64,000 bases of DNA, taken from Flavobacteriales bacterium. Lineage in GTDB: Bacteria; Bacteroidota; Bacteroidia; Flavobacteriales_F; PHOS-HE28. Location of the stretch: positions 9,637 through 73,636 of the forward strand of contig JABWBQ010000006.1 in assembly GCA_013360395.1 (NCBI GenBank), read 5' to 3'. Position numbers and translations under genes: made by a program. Shown here in pieces: positions 1-10,100 of the stretch. The notes below the pieces were generated by a model. That model did not search any database. It was not told where the DNA came from and was given only the letters and a program-made list of their open reading frames with translations. Every line of letters starts with the position of its first letter. Within the stretch, counting starts at the first letter, position 1.

Positions 1-150
1 AGCTACGGTGACGAAGGAGTGAGTCGCTGGGGGATCGGGTACGGCCGCGGCCAGAACGGATCCGCGCGTGAACTTGGATGGCATCTCGGCCAGGCGACCT
101 GGCCCCCGACCTTGTTGTGATGCTGTCGCACCTTGATCGTTCATGGGAAC

Positions 151-1296
151 ATGATCCATCTCGATAGCAAGCTCCCCCGCGTCGGCACCACCATCTTCAC
201 GGTGATGAGCAGGCTGGCACAGGAGTGCGGCGCCATCAACCTGAGCCAGGGCTTTCCGGACTTCCCCATCGACGGCAAGCTCATCGACCTGGTGGACAAG
301 GCCATGCGGGCCGGGCACAACCAGTACGCGCCGATGCCGGGACTTCCCGCCCTGCGCGAGGCCATCGCGGCCAAGGTGCAACGGCTGTACGGCTTCAGCT
401 ACGACCCGGAGAGGGAGGTGACGGTGACCGCGGGTGGTACGCAGGCCATCTTCACGACGATCGGCGCCTTGGTGCATCCCGGCGATGAGGTGATCATCGT
501 GGATCCGGCCTACGACTGCTACGCGCCAACGGTCGAGCTCTTTGGGGGCACACCGGTCCATGTGCGCTTGGGCGCGGACATGCGGTTCGACGCAGAGGGA
601 GTGAAGGACGCGATCACGGCGCGCACGCGGATGCTGATGATCAACACGCCGCACAACCCGGCAGGCACCATCCTGCGCGATGCGGATATGCGGCGGATCG
701 CCGACCTGCTGCGCGGAACGGACATCGTCCTGCTCAGCGATGAAGTGTACGAGCACCTGGTGTACGATGGTGCGCCGCACGCCTCGGCGATACGCCTCCC
801 GGAACTGCGCGAACGCGCCTTCGTGATCTTCAGCTTCGGCAAGGTCTTCCACGCCACGGGCTGGAAGATGGGGTATGCCCTCGCCCCGGCGGAGCTGATG
901 GCCGAGTTCCGCAAGGTGCATCAGTTCAATGTGTTCAGCGCGAACACCCCGGTGCAGGTGGCCCTGGCGGAGTACCTGAAGCAACCGGCGCACTACGAAG
1001 GCGTGTCGTCCTTCTACCAGGCCAAGCGCGACCGCTTCGCGAACGGGATGAAGGGATCCCGGTTCAGCTTGCTGCCCTGCCAGGGCTCCTATTTCCAGAC
1101 CGCGGACTACAGCGCGATCTCCGATGAACCGGACCTGGCCTTCGCGCAGCGTGTGACCCGCGAGTTCGGCGTGGCGAGCATCCCGCTTTCTCCCTTCTAC
1201 AAGGAACCGCCCGCCGGCCAGCGACTGCTGCGCTTCTGTTTCGCCAAACAGGACGCTACCTTGGACGCGGCCATCGCCAAACTATGCGGGATCTGA
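151..1296 (+). CDS. PLP-dependent aminotransferase, class I/II (methionine aminotransferase YbdL-like)
   Basis: Track ORF 133..1296 starts on TTG; first in-frame ATG at 151 gives MIHLDSKLPRVGTTIFTVMS...NLSQGFPDFP, the typical YbdL-type N-terminus, and a full-length class I aminotransferase fold. The 3' end overlaps the next CDS by 13 nt. Confidence 0.85.
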   Translation: MIHLDSKLPRVGTTIFTVMSRLAQECGAINLSQGFPDFPIDGKLIDLVDKAMRAGHNQYAPMPGLPALREAIAAKVQRLYGFSYDPEREVTVTAGGTQAIFTTIGALVHPGDEVIIVDPAYDCYAPTVELFGGTPVHVRLGADMRFDAEGVKDAITARTRMLMINTPHNPAGTILRDADMRRIADLLRGTDIVLLSDEVYEHLVYDGAPHASAIRLPELRERAFVIFSFGKVFHATGWKMGYALAPAELMAEFRKVHQFNVFSANTPVQVALAEYLKQPAHYEGVSSFYQAKRDRFANGMKGSRFSLLPCQGSYFQTADYSAISDEPDLAFAQRVTREFGVASIPLSPFYKEPPAGQRLLRFCFAKQDATLDAAIAKLCGI

Positions 1297-2063
1297 ACGT
1301 CTCCATCGTGCAGTGCATGCTCCATTGGGAGGATGCCGGAGCGAACCGTGCGATGCTCCAGGAGCGGCTCGCCGCCTTGAAGGGCACCACCGACCTGATC
1401 GTGCTCCCCGAGATGTTCACCACCGGCTTCAGCATGCGCAGTGGCGAGCTGGCCGAGGGGATGGAAGGCACGACGGTGGCCTGGATGCGCGACCGGGCGG
1501 CGGACCTGGGCGCGGCCCTCTACGGCAGCGTGATCATCGGCGAAGGCGGGCGGCGGTACAACCGCGGCCTGTTCGTCATGCCGGACGGCCGGATCACCAC
1601 CTACGACAAGCGCCATCTCTTCCGCTTCGCGGGCGAAACGGAACATTACAGTCCCGGCAGGAAGCGCGTGGTGGTGGAGTGGCACGGCTGGCGCATCCTG
1701 CTGCAGGTGTGCTTCGACCTGCGCTTCCCTGTGTTCGCGCGGAACCGGCGCGACTATGACGCGATCCTCTACGTGGCGAACTGGCCCGAACCGCGACGCT
1801 TCCCCTGGAGCCAGCTGTTGATCGCCAGGGCCATCGAGAACCAGTGCTACGTGGTGGGCGTGAACCGCGTGGGGATGGACGGCAAGGGCAACCACTACAG
1901 CGGCGACAGCGTGGTCCTCGACCCGCGCGGGGCCTGCATCGCGTCGGTGGCGTCCGCCAGGGAGGGCCTGGCCACCGCGCACCTGGACCGGGCCGGTCTG
2001 GAGGAGTTCCGGACGAAGTTCCCGGTGGCCTTGGAGGCGGACGACTTCGCGCTGCGGGACTGA
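1284..2063 (+). CDS. carbon-nitrogen hydrolase (omega-amidase YafV-like)
   Basis: 259 aa starting MRDLNVSIVQCMLHWEDAGANRAML...LIVLPEMFTTGF; nitrilase-superfamily motifs (E..K..C with VCFDLRFP). ATG at 1284 overlaps the aminotransferase; aminotransferase plus omega-amidase is a known pairing. Confidence 0.85.
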   Translation: MRDLNVSIVQCMLHWEDAGANRAMLQERLAALKGTTDLIVLPEMFTTGFSMRSGELAEGMEGTTVAWMRDRAADLGAALYGSVIIGEGGRRYNRGLFVMPDGRITTYDKRHLFRFAGETEHYSPGRKRVVVEWHGWRILLQVCFDLRFPVFARNRRDYDAILYVANWPEPRRFPWSQLLIARAIENQCYVVGVNRVGMDGKGNHYSGDSVVLDPRGACIASVASAREGLATAHLDRAGLEEFRTKFPVALEADDFALRD

Positions 2064-2066
2064 AGT

Positions 2067-5000
2067 TCAGCGCAGGATGGTCACGTGCCCCATGCGCTCC
2101 TGTTCCATGCCCACCCCGCCCTGCGCATCGTCCACGAAACGGTAGCGCATGCGCCACACGTAGATCTCGCTGGGCACTTCGGTGCCGTGCGCGGTGCCGT
2201 CCCATTGGTCCGTGGGGCTGTTGGTCTGCCACAGCACACCGCCCCAGCGGTCGAACACGATGAGCTCCAGGCTGGCCACGTTCCTGCCCACCGGCCCCCA
2301 GGTGTCGTTGATGCCGTCGGCGTTGGGGGTGAAGGTGTTGGGCACGTAGATGCTCGCCGGGCAGAACTCGGTGACCTGCACCGAATCGCGCAGACCGCAA
2401 TGGAAGGTGTTGGTGATGTCCACGAAGTACCAGCCGTACGCGCCGGCAAGGATCACCTGGCTGGTCTGGCCGGAGCTCCAGTCGAAGGTGGAGCCGGGGT
2501 TGCCGGCATCGATCACCACATAGTGCGGGTCCTCGTCCAGACAGGTGAAGATCCGGTGCGCAGGCAGCCCGGTGGGGCGGGGGTTGAACCCGGCCGTCAC
2601 CGCGTCGCTCACGCTGCAATGACCGTTGTCCACGGCCACGCTGTACGTACCGTTCTGCACCACATCGATCGTGCGGGTGGTGGCTCCCGTGCTCCAGGTG
2701 TACGTGGCCCCGGGGTTGCCGGCGTCGAGGGTCAGCACATCGCCCTGGCAGAGCGCCGTGTCCGGACCGAGGTCCACTGCGGGCCAGGGCACGAAGGCCA
2801 CCACGGCGTCGAACGTGCCACTGCAACCCAGGGGGCTGGTCACCACCACCGTGTAGGTGCCCGGTGACGCGGGCGCGATGGTCCGTGTCGCCGCACCCGT
2901 GCTCCACGCGTAGGTGCAACCCGGGTTCCCCGCATCGAGCACCACGGGCTCGCCTTCGCATTCGGTGGCATCGTTCAAAGCATCCACGGGCCCGGGAAGC
3001 AGCGTGATCGACACGCTGTCCACCACCTGACAGGCCGCGTTGCTGACGATCACAACGTAGGTGCCGCTCTGCACGGGCGCGATGGTCTGGGTGGTGGACC
3101 CGGTGTTCCACAGGTAGGTGCTTCCCGGCGCGCCTGCATCCAGGACGATGCCCGTGCCGGCGCAGAGGGTGCTGTCCGGGCCCAGGTCCACCACAGGCGG
3201 GTCCACCAGGGTCACCTGCGCGTCGAAGCTGGCGCTGCAGCCTTGCGCATCGGTCACCTCCACCGTGTAAAGGCCGCTGGTGGTGGCCTGGACCACCTGA
3301 TCGGTGGAACCGGTGCTCCAGGCGAAGGAGGCGCCGGGGTTGCCGGCATCCAGCAGCACCGGTGCCGTGGTGCAGGCCGTGACGTCCTGCAGCTGATCCA
3401 CCGGCATGGGTGCGAAGGTCAGCGTGACCGCATCGGTGCTCGTGCAGCCCTGCGGGCTGGTGGCCGTGGCCGTGTAGGTGCCGCTGCCGGTCGCCTGGAA
3501 CTGCGGACCGGTGCTCCCATTGCCCCAGACCACGGTGTTGCCGGGGCTGTTGGCCTGGATGGTGAAGACCGCAGCACCGCAGAGCAGACTGTCAGGCCCC
3601 AGGTCCAGTGCGGGCAAGGCGTGCAGGAGCACGTTGAACGTCTTGGTGGTCTGGCAACCCTGCGCGTCGGTGATCTCCACCACGTAGGTGCCCGTGGCGG
3701 CCACCGATACCGTTTGCGTCACCGGGCCGTGGGACCAGGCATAGGTGCTTCCGGGGAATCCGGCGTCGAGCACCAGGCTCTGCCCGGCACAGCCGCTCAG
3801 GTTCACCGGGTTCACCATGCTGTCGAACGCATCGGTGATGTGGACCGAGTCGCTCACCGAACAGCCGTTCGCATCGGTGACGGTGACCAGGAAGGACATC
3901 GACGTGTCGGCCATGAGCGAGGGCGTGGCGATGTTGCCGGCGTTGAGCAGGTTGGCCGGCGTCCAGGCGATGGCGAACGGCGCGGGGACGTTGTGCTGCA
4001 CGTCCAGCTGGAATCCGAGCGTGTTGCACAACGTGGTGTCGGGTGTGGCTGCGATGCTGTACGCCGTGGTCACCGCGATGGTGATCGGGGCCTGTACGCT
4101 GCACCCGGACTGGGTGTCCGTGAGCGTGGCGGTGTAGGTGGTGGTGGTGGTGGGCGAGGCCACGGGGTCGGGGATCGTGGCGCTGCTGAGCGTGCCGGCG
4201 TTGTCCCAGACGATCTGCAGGGTCCCGGCGCCCTGGATCACGGCGTTCAACTGGCTGCTCTCCCCCTGGCAGAGGGTGAGGTCGCTGGCGGTGACACCGA
4301 GGCTCAACTGGGGGCCCACGGTCACGACCACGGCATCGCTCGCGCTGCACCCGATGTTGTTCGTGGCCGTGGCGGTGTACGTGGTGGTGGCGGTCGGGCT
4401 GGCCAGCGGTGCGGCGACGACCGTGCTGCTCAGGCTGCCGTTGTTCGGCGCCCAGCTCCACTGAATGCCTTGCCCGCCGCTGGCCGTGGCCTGTAGCTGC
4501 ACCTGGCCTCCGCCGCACAGCACCGTATCGGCGCCGGCGTTGATGCTGAACGCGGGAGCCACCTGGACGAGCACGGGGTCGCTGAACGAACAGCCGTTGC
4601 CGCCTGCGACCTCCACGGTGTACCAGGTGTCGGCCGTGGGCGTGGCCATGGGGTTCGCGATGGTCGCGTTGTTCAACGTGCCCGCCGGGGACCACAACAG
4701 GGACAGCCCGCTGTTATCCACCCGGGTCACGGTGACGTTGTCCAGGGCCCATACGTCCTGTGCCGCACCACTGTGCACGGGCTGCCTCCAGCGGAAGTGC
4801 GTAGCCGTGGACCAGGCCGCAGGAGGTACCGTGAGGGTGACGGAGGTGAAAGCCGGATACTGCGCTTCGTTCAGCGTATGGAACACGGTCCAGGTGGAGC
4901 CGTTCAGGCTGTACTCCACCACCACATCCTCACCGGGTTCGGCTCCGTCGCACGGGGCGCTGCCGGTGGCGATCCAAATGCCGAACACCAGGCTGCCGCC

Positions 5001-7070
5001 CTGGGCCACATCCACCGGGACGGTGCGCGCCGCGCGTGTTCCGGCGGCATTGAACAGCAGGGCGTTGCCCGTGGCCGCTCCGCAGGTCCCGCTCACGTTG
5101 CCGCCTTGCAGTTGCGCCCACAGCGCGGTGGTGCCGTTGTCCAACGGGTCGAAACCGATCACCCGCTGGATGCGCGTGCCCAACTGCACCGCGTCGCCCA
5201 GGCAGATGTTGCTGTCCGCCGCGATGGCCTCCACGCTCTGCACCGTGTTGGGGGTCACCTGCACCAGCACGCTGTCCAGCGCGGTGCCGCAACCCAACGG
5301 ACTGGTCACGCTCAGCTTGAACCAGGTGTTGGCCATCGGGAAGGCCACGGGATCGGGGATGGTCGGGTCGCTCACCAGGGCGGCGGGGGTCCAGCTCAGG
5401 GTGTAGGCACTGGTGTCCAGGTTGGGGGTGGCCCCCAGCTGCACGGGCTGGTACTGGCAGACGGTGGCGGTGTTGGCGCCGTTCGCGGTGGCCTCCACCA
5501 CCGGCGGCACCTGAACGCCCACATGGAAGGTGAACGCCAGGGGGCACGTGGACCCGGGCGCAGTGCCCGAGACCGTATAGCTGTCGTTCGTGGTGGGCGT
5601 GAAGCTGTAGCTCAACCCCGTGGCGAGCACGGTCCCCGGGGTGCTGGCCGCCTCCCACTGGGGATTGTCCATGGGCCAGGGTGCGGTCAGGGTCACCGGG
5701 CCGCTCACGCAAAGCACCGAGTCCTGCGGCACCACCGGCACCACGGTGGCGTTGGCGTTGAAGGCGTAGCTCTCACCGGTGCCGAAGCCGGTGGCGTACA
5801 CGTGGATGCCCAGTGGAGCGGTGACGGTGTGGCTCCCGGCGCCGATGATGCGGCTGGCGTGCGACCAGGTGGGGCACGCGGCGAAGGGGGCGAAGATCCC
5901 GGAGGGGACCGGCACACCGTCCACGGCCACTTGACCCACCACGGCGGTGGGCACCACCAGTTCCACGCGGTGGCCGGTAAGCTGCGGCGAGCTCACCGTG
6001 CTGAAAGTGGTGGCCGTGGTGCTGCGGTCGTCCGGCTCGATCACCAGCATGGAGGGATCGCCGGCGTTCGCGCAGTTGTACCCTTCGTAGATCACCACCA
6101 CCGAGACGGGCGCCGAGGCGCTGATGCAGGCGTCGCCGACGAACCCGTTCAGCTCGTGGGCCTGACCGGCGTTGAGGGTGACGGGAGCCCCGCCGTTCAC
6201 GGTGACGTTGGTGCCGTTCTGGCCGGCGAGGATGCGGACGGTCCCGTTCGCCAGGCCCGTGGGCAGGAAGCTGTGGAATTCGGTGCCCCAGCGTTCCAGC
6301 GGGACCATCTGCTCCACCAGGTGGTCGCAGGCCGGGCAACCCACGGGCACGTTCGCGCACATGCTGCCGCTCAACACCACGAAGGGCCTGCAGGGGCCGC
6401 TGGCGGTGGTGGCACGCACCCGGGTGCCGGTGAGGTCCAGCGACGAAAGGGCGGACTGCACCTGGTAGCTCTGGCCCGCATCCAGCGCCACCGTGAAGGG
6501 TACGCCCGCCGGCCTGCCGCCCACGGTGTTCACGCTCGGGGTGATCTCCACCTCCGTGCCGTCGGCGGTGGCCACGATCAGCAGTTCACTCTTGTAGAAT
6601 TCGTTGAAGCCGGGCAGACCGCGATAGGCTTCCGCGAAGTAGTCCGTGCCCAGGGCCGTCACTGGGAGGACTTGCGTACCGTCCTGGGTGTAGCTCTGGT
6701 AGCTCACGGCCGTCACGGCCACCGGGGAGGCGGCCTGGATCAGCACGCCTTTGCCGGACACCGTCTCCGAGCCGACATGTTCCGCGGTGAGCGGCACGTT
6801 GACCTGCACCACGCTGTTGGCACCCACGCTGAAAGGCTGGCTCCAACCCGCCTGGGGGATGCTCACCGTGCCGGAGGTCGCCGTGGGAGCGCTGATGTAC
6901 AGCCTGGCTTCCTGGGCACCGTAGGCGTTCTGCATGAAGCCGGTCCACAATTCGGTGCCCAGGGTGGGCATGGGGTCGTTCACCTGGGCATGGACCCCGT
7001 TGAAGAACAGGGCCGCCAGCACGCAGGCCAGTGACCGTACGACGCGCGGAGGAGTGGGATGCAGGCTCAT
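2067..7070 (-). CDS. giant T9SS-secreted adhesin-like protein with type B C-terminal sorting domain (gliding motility-associated CTD)
   Basis: Track ORF begins on GTG at 7076; ATG at 7070 gives MSLHPTPPRVVRSLACVLAALFFNGVHAQ (signal peptide). About 8 tandem Ig/PKD-like repeats (LDAGNPGSTYxWSTGxTTQTI). C-terminus FTPNADGINDTWGPVG...GHVTILR matches the type B CTD. The N-terminal 480 aa are paralogous to the next gene. Confidence 0.85.
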   Translation of the reverse strand: MSLHPTPPRVVRSLACVLAALFFNGVHAQVNDPMPTLGTELWTGFMQNAYGAQEARLYISAPTATSGTVSIPQAGWSQPFSVGANSVVQVNVPLTAEHVGSETVSGKGVLIQAASPVAVTAVSYQSYTQDGTQVLPVTALGTDYFAEAYRGLPGFNEFYKSELLIVATADGTEVEITPSVNTVGGRPAGVPFTVALDAGQSYQVQSALSSLDLTGTRVRATTASGPCRPFVVLSGSMCANVPVGCPACDHLVEQMVPLERWGTEFHSFLPTGLANGTVRILAGQNGTNVTVNGGAPVTLNAGQAHELNGFVGDACISASAPVSVVVIYEGYNCANAGDPSMLVIEPDDRSTTATTFSTVSSPQLTGHRVELVVPTAVVGQVAVDGVPVPSGIFAPFAACPTWSHASRIIGAGSHTVTAPLGIHVYATGFGTGESYAFNANATVVPVVPQDSVLCVSGPVTLTAPWPMDNPQWEAASTPGTVLATGLSYSFTPTTNDSYTVSGTAPGSTCPLAFTFHVGVQVPPVVEATANGANTATVCQYQPVQLGATPNLDTSAYTLSWTPAALVSDPTIPDPVAFPMANTWFKLSVTSPLGCGTALDSVLVQVTPNTVQSVEAIAADSNICLGDAVQLGTRIQRVIGFDPLDNGTTALWAQLQGGNVSGTCGAATGNALLFNAAGTRAARTVPVDVAQGGSLVFGIWIATGSAPCDGAEPGEDVVVEYSLNGSTWTVFHTLNEAQYPAFTSVTLTVPPAAWSTATHFRWRQPVHSGAAQDVWALDNVTVTRVDNSGLSLLWSPAGTLNNATIANPMATPTADTWYTVEVAGGNGCSFSDPVLVQVAPAFSINAGADTVLCGGGQVQLQATASGGQGIQWSWAPNNGSLSSTVVAAPLASPTATTTYTATATNNIGCSASDAVVVTVGPQLSLGVTASDLTLCQGESSQLNAVIQGAGTLQIVWDNAGTLSSATIPDPVASPTTTTTYTATLTDTQSGCSVQAPITIAVTTAYSIAATPDTTLCNTLGFQLDVQHNVPAPFAIAWTPANLLNAGNIATPSLMADTSMSFLVTVTDANGCSVSDSVHITDAFDSMVNPVNLSGCAGQSLVLDAGFPGSTYAWSHGPVTQTVSVAATGTYVVEITDAQGCQTTKTFNVLLHALPALDLGPDSLLCGAAVFTIQANSPGNTVVWGNGSTGPQFQATGSGTYTATATSPQGCTSTDAVTLTFAPMPVDQLQDVTACTTAPVLLDAGNPGASFAWSTGSTDQVVQATTSGLYTVEVTDAQGCSASFDAQVTLVDPPVVDLGPDSTLCAGTGIVLDAGAPGSTYLWNTGSTTQTIAPVQSGTYVVIVSNAACQVVDSVSITLLPGPVDALNDATECEGEPVVLDAGNPGCTYAWSTGAATRTIAPASPGTYTVVVTSPLGCSGTFDAVVAFVPWPAVDLGPDTALCQGDVLTLDAGNPGATYTWSTGATTRTIDVVQNGTYSVAVDNGHCSVSDAVTAGFNPRPTGLPAHRIFTCLDEDPHYVVIDAGNPGSTFDWSSGQTSQVILAGAYGWYFVDITNTFHCGLRDSVQVTEFCPASIYVPNTFTPNADGINDTWGPVGRNVASLELIVFDRWGGVLWQTNSPTDQWDGTAHGTEVPSEIYVWRMRYRFVDDAQGGVGMEQERMGHVTILR

Positions 7071-7190
7071 GGCCACCGAAGAGCGGGGTGGTTCGCGCCG
7101 TGCATACGCGATCCGGCCTCCAAGGTTCCCGCCCTGAACGGTGAAGGGCCGGGAAGCTCCCGGCCCTTCACCACGATGCCGCTCCTCCGG

Positions 7191-10100
7191 TCAACGCACC
7201 AACGTCACATGCCCCACGCTCTCCCGTTCCGCCCCCAGGGTGCCGTGGACGTCCTCGATGAACCGGTATTTCAGCTTCCACACGTACACGCCGTCCTGCA
7301 CGTCCGTGCCGTTGCGCTTCCCATCCCAGGCCACCTCGGCGTCCTGGCCCACGAAGATCTGCTCACCCCAGCGGTCGAAGACCCGCATCTCCATGGTCGC
7401 GATGTTGTACCCGTTGGGCATGAACAGGTCGTTCACCCCGTCGCCATCGGGCGTGAAGCTGTTCGGCACCCAGCACTGTGGCGGGCAGAACTCCACCACT
7501 TCGATGGAATCGGTGATGGTGCAGTTCAGCGGGGTGGTGATCTCCACGATGTACCAGCCGTAAGCGTTCACCTCGATGGTCTGCGTCTCCTCGTCGGTGT
7601 TCCACAGATAGGTGCAGCCGGGGTTCCCCGCATCCAGCAGCGTCTTCTTCGGCCAGTGGTCCAGGCAGAGCACTTGCTCCTCTTCGGTGATGTAGTTCGG
7701 CAGGGGGTTGAACACCACCGCCACCGAATCGCGTGTGGTGCAGTAGCCGTTGAACACCTCGGCCCAGACGTCCTGCGTGGTGGTGACGAAGGTGGTCTGT
7801 GCGGTGGACCCGGTGCTCCACACATGGGATTGACCAGGGTTCCCGGCGTCCAGGTGCATGGTGTCCGTGTCGCACAAGGCCGTGTCCGGCCCCAGGTCCA
7901 CCACCGGGAAGGGGATGATGTCGATCACGGCATCCGCCGAATCCACGCACCAAGTGGGCGTGGTCACCACCACCGAGTAGGTCCCGCTCACACTGTCCAC
8001 TTGGATCACCTGCGTGGTCTCCCCCGTGCTCCACAGGTGGCTGCTGCCCGGGTTGCCCGCATCGAGCGGGATCGTTTCGCTGATGCACACGGCGGTGTCG
8101 CTGAGGACGATCACGGGCAGCGGGTCGAACACCACGTCGATGCTGTCGCTGTTCACACAGTTGTTCCCGTCGGTCACCTCCACCTGGTAATTGTCGTCCG
8201 TATTCACGGTGATGGTCTGGGTGGTGGCCCCGGTGTTCCACAGGTACTGGCTTCCGGGGTTGCCGGCGTCCATGGTCCAGTTCTGGCCGATGCACAACGA
8301 GGTGTCCGGACCAAGGGTGACCACCGGCAGGGGGTCCACCGTCACGTTCGTGGTGAAGGTGGCCTGGCAGCCGAGCGTGTCCGTGATGGTCACGGTGTAG
8401 GCCCCGGCCGTCGAGACCGTGATGGTCTGGGTGGTGGCGTTGGTGCTCCAGTCGTACGTGCTTCCCGGGTAGCCCGCATCGATCACCATGCTCTCGCCAG
8501 CGCACAACGATGAGTCGGCGATGAAGGTGAGGTCGTCGAAGGATACCGTGATGTTCACGGTGTCGCGGGCCGAACAGCCCAGGGCATCCTGCACCACCAC
8601 GATGTATTGCGCGGTGGAGTCGAAGGTGATCACCGGGTTGGCGGTGTTGGCACCTGTCAACTGGTTGGTCGGTGTCCAGCTGATGACGGCGCCCGGCACG
8701 TTGTGCTGCACGTCGAGCACGAAGCCCACCGGGTCGCAGAGCGCGGTGTCCGCCGTGGCCGTCACCACGTAGGCCGTGCTCACCGTGATCTCGATGTCCT
8801 CGGTGAGCACGCAGCCGCTGATGGTGTCGGTGACGGCCAGCACGTAGGTGGTGGTGGTGAGCGGCGTGGCCGTGGGGTCCTGCAGCGTGGCGTCGTCCAG
8901 GGACCCGGCCGGCGTCCAAGCGTACACCAGGTTGGTGGTGTTGCCGTTGATGGTGGCGTCCAGCAGCGTGCTCTCACCCTGGCACAGGTCGTCGTCCAGG
9001 GTGGTGACGGTGAGCCCCAGCAATTGGTTCACCGTGATCGTCACACTGTCGGTGGCGCTGCAGCCCTGGCCGGTGGTCACCGTCACGAAGTACTCCGTGG
9101 TGGTGGCCGGTGTGGCGATGGGCGATTGTACGAAGGTGGCCGAAAGGGTGCCGTTGTTGGGCGTCCACGTCCAGGTGTGGTTGGTGCCGGAGCTCGGAAC
9201 GGCGTTGAGCTGGATGCCCCCCAGGTCGCAGATGGCCGTGTCCGGCGTCATGGCGATGCTGAAGGGCGCGCCCACCTCGATGTACACCGAATCCTGATAG
9301 CTGCACTGCGTGCCGGTGAGCGTGCTCTGGACATGGTACCAGCCCGTGGTCGTCGGGTAGGCCATCGGGTTCGGGATGTTGGCGGCGCTCAAGGTGGCGG
9401 CGGGCGACCAGTTGATGGTGAGCCCGGTGGTGCCCTGGGCCCCGATGGCCACGTTGTCCAGGCTCCAGTTGTCGTTGCCCGGGCCGCTGCTGTTCAGCTG
9501 GCGCCAACGGAACAGCGTGGCGGCGGTCTGTGCCGCCGGTGGGATCGGATAGGTCAACGTGGTGAAGTTGGGGTACAGGTATTCCCACAGGGTGGCCATC
9601 ACCGTCCAGCTGCCGCCGCCGTTGGTGGAATACTCCAGCACCACGTCCTCGCCCGGGTCCGCATCGTCGCACGGCGGGGCCGCCGCCCCGATCTTGATGG
9701 CGAAGCTCACGCTGCCCCCGCTCGCCACGTTCATGGCGGCCGTGGTGGCCTGCCGCGGGTTCACACCGTCGAAGTACAGCGCATCGCCGAACACCGATCC
9801 GCAGGCATTGCTGATGCTGCCGCCCTGCACCGCGTTCCACATGGAGGTGAGCACCATGTCCAGGGGGTCCTCGGCGATGATCTGGTGCACCTGCAGGTCC
9901 AGTTGCGAGGAATCACCCTGGCACAACGCATCCACGGCCGTGCTGGCCTCATAGAGCAGGATGTCCCCCTGGATCACATCGATGTACACGCTGTCCAGGC
10001 TCACCGCACAACCGTTCAGGGTGCTCACGCTCACGTAGAACCAGCCGCTCTGGGTGGGCGTGGCCACGGGGTTCTGCAACGAGCCGTCGTTCAGCTGGGC

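Noticed and set aside
133-150. TTG at 133 as the aminotransferase start (and similar TTG/GTG track starts at 7076, 11858, 16495, 21118, 37169)
   Set aside because: The track translates GTG/TTG as M. Downstream ATGs give canonical N-termini or signal peptides (YbdL-like MIHLDSK..., MSLHP..., MMRTIMRALP..., MDQTT..., MPLWLV..., MSTGRSS...), so ATG starts were preferred.
1594-3111. Long antisense or overlapping ORFs inside the giant adhesin genes, the outer-membrane-protein gene, the FG-GAP gene, the sensor kinase gene and the amidohydrolase gene (for example 1594..3111-, 3243..4496+, 4773..7034+, 8607..11837+, 18065..21103+, 25963..28914-, 32523..35810-, 60368..63481-)
   Set aside because: Arg/Gly/Ala/Pro-rich low-complexity translations typical of non-coding frames in about 70%-GC DNA. 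Each lies opposite or offset from a gene with clear domain content.
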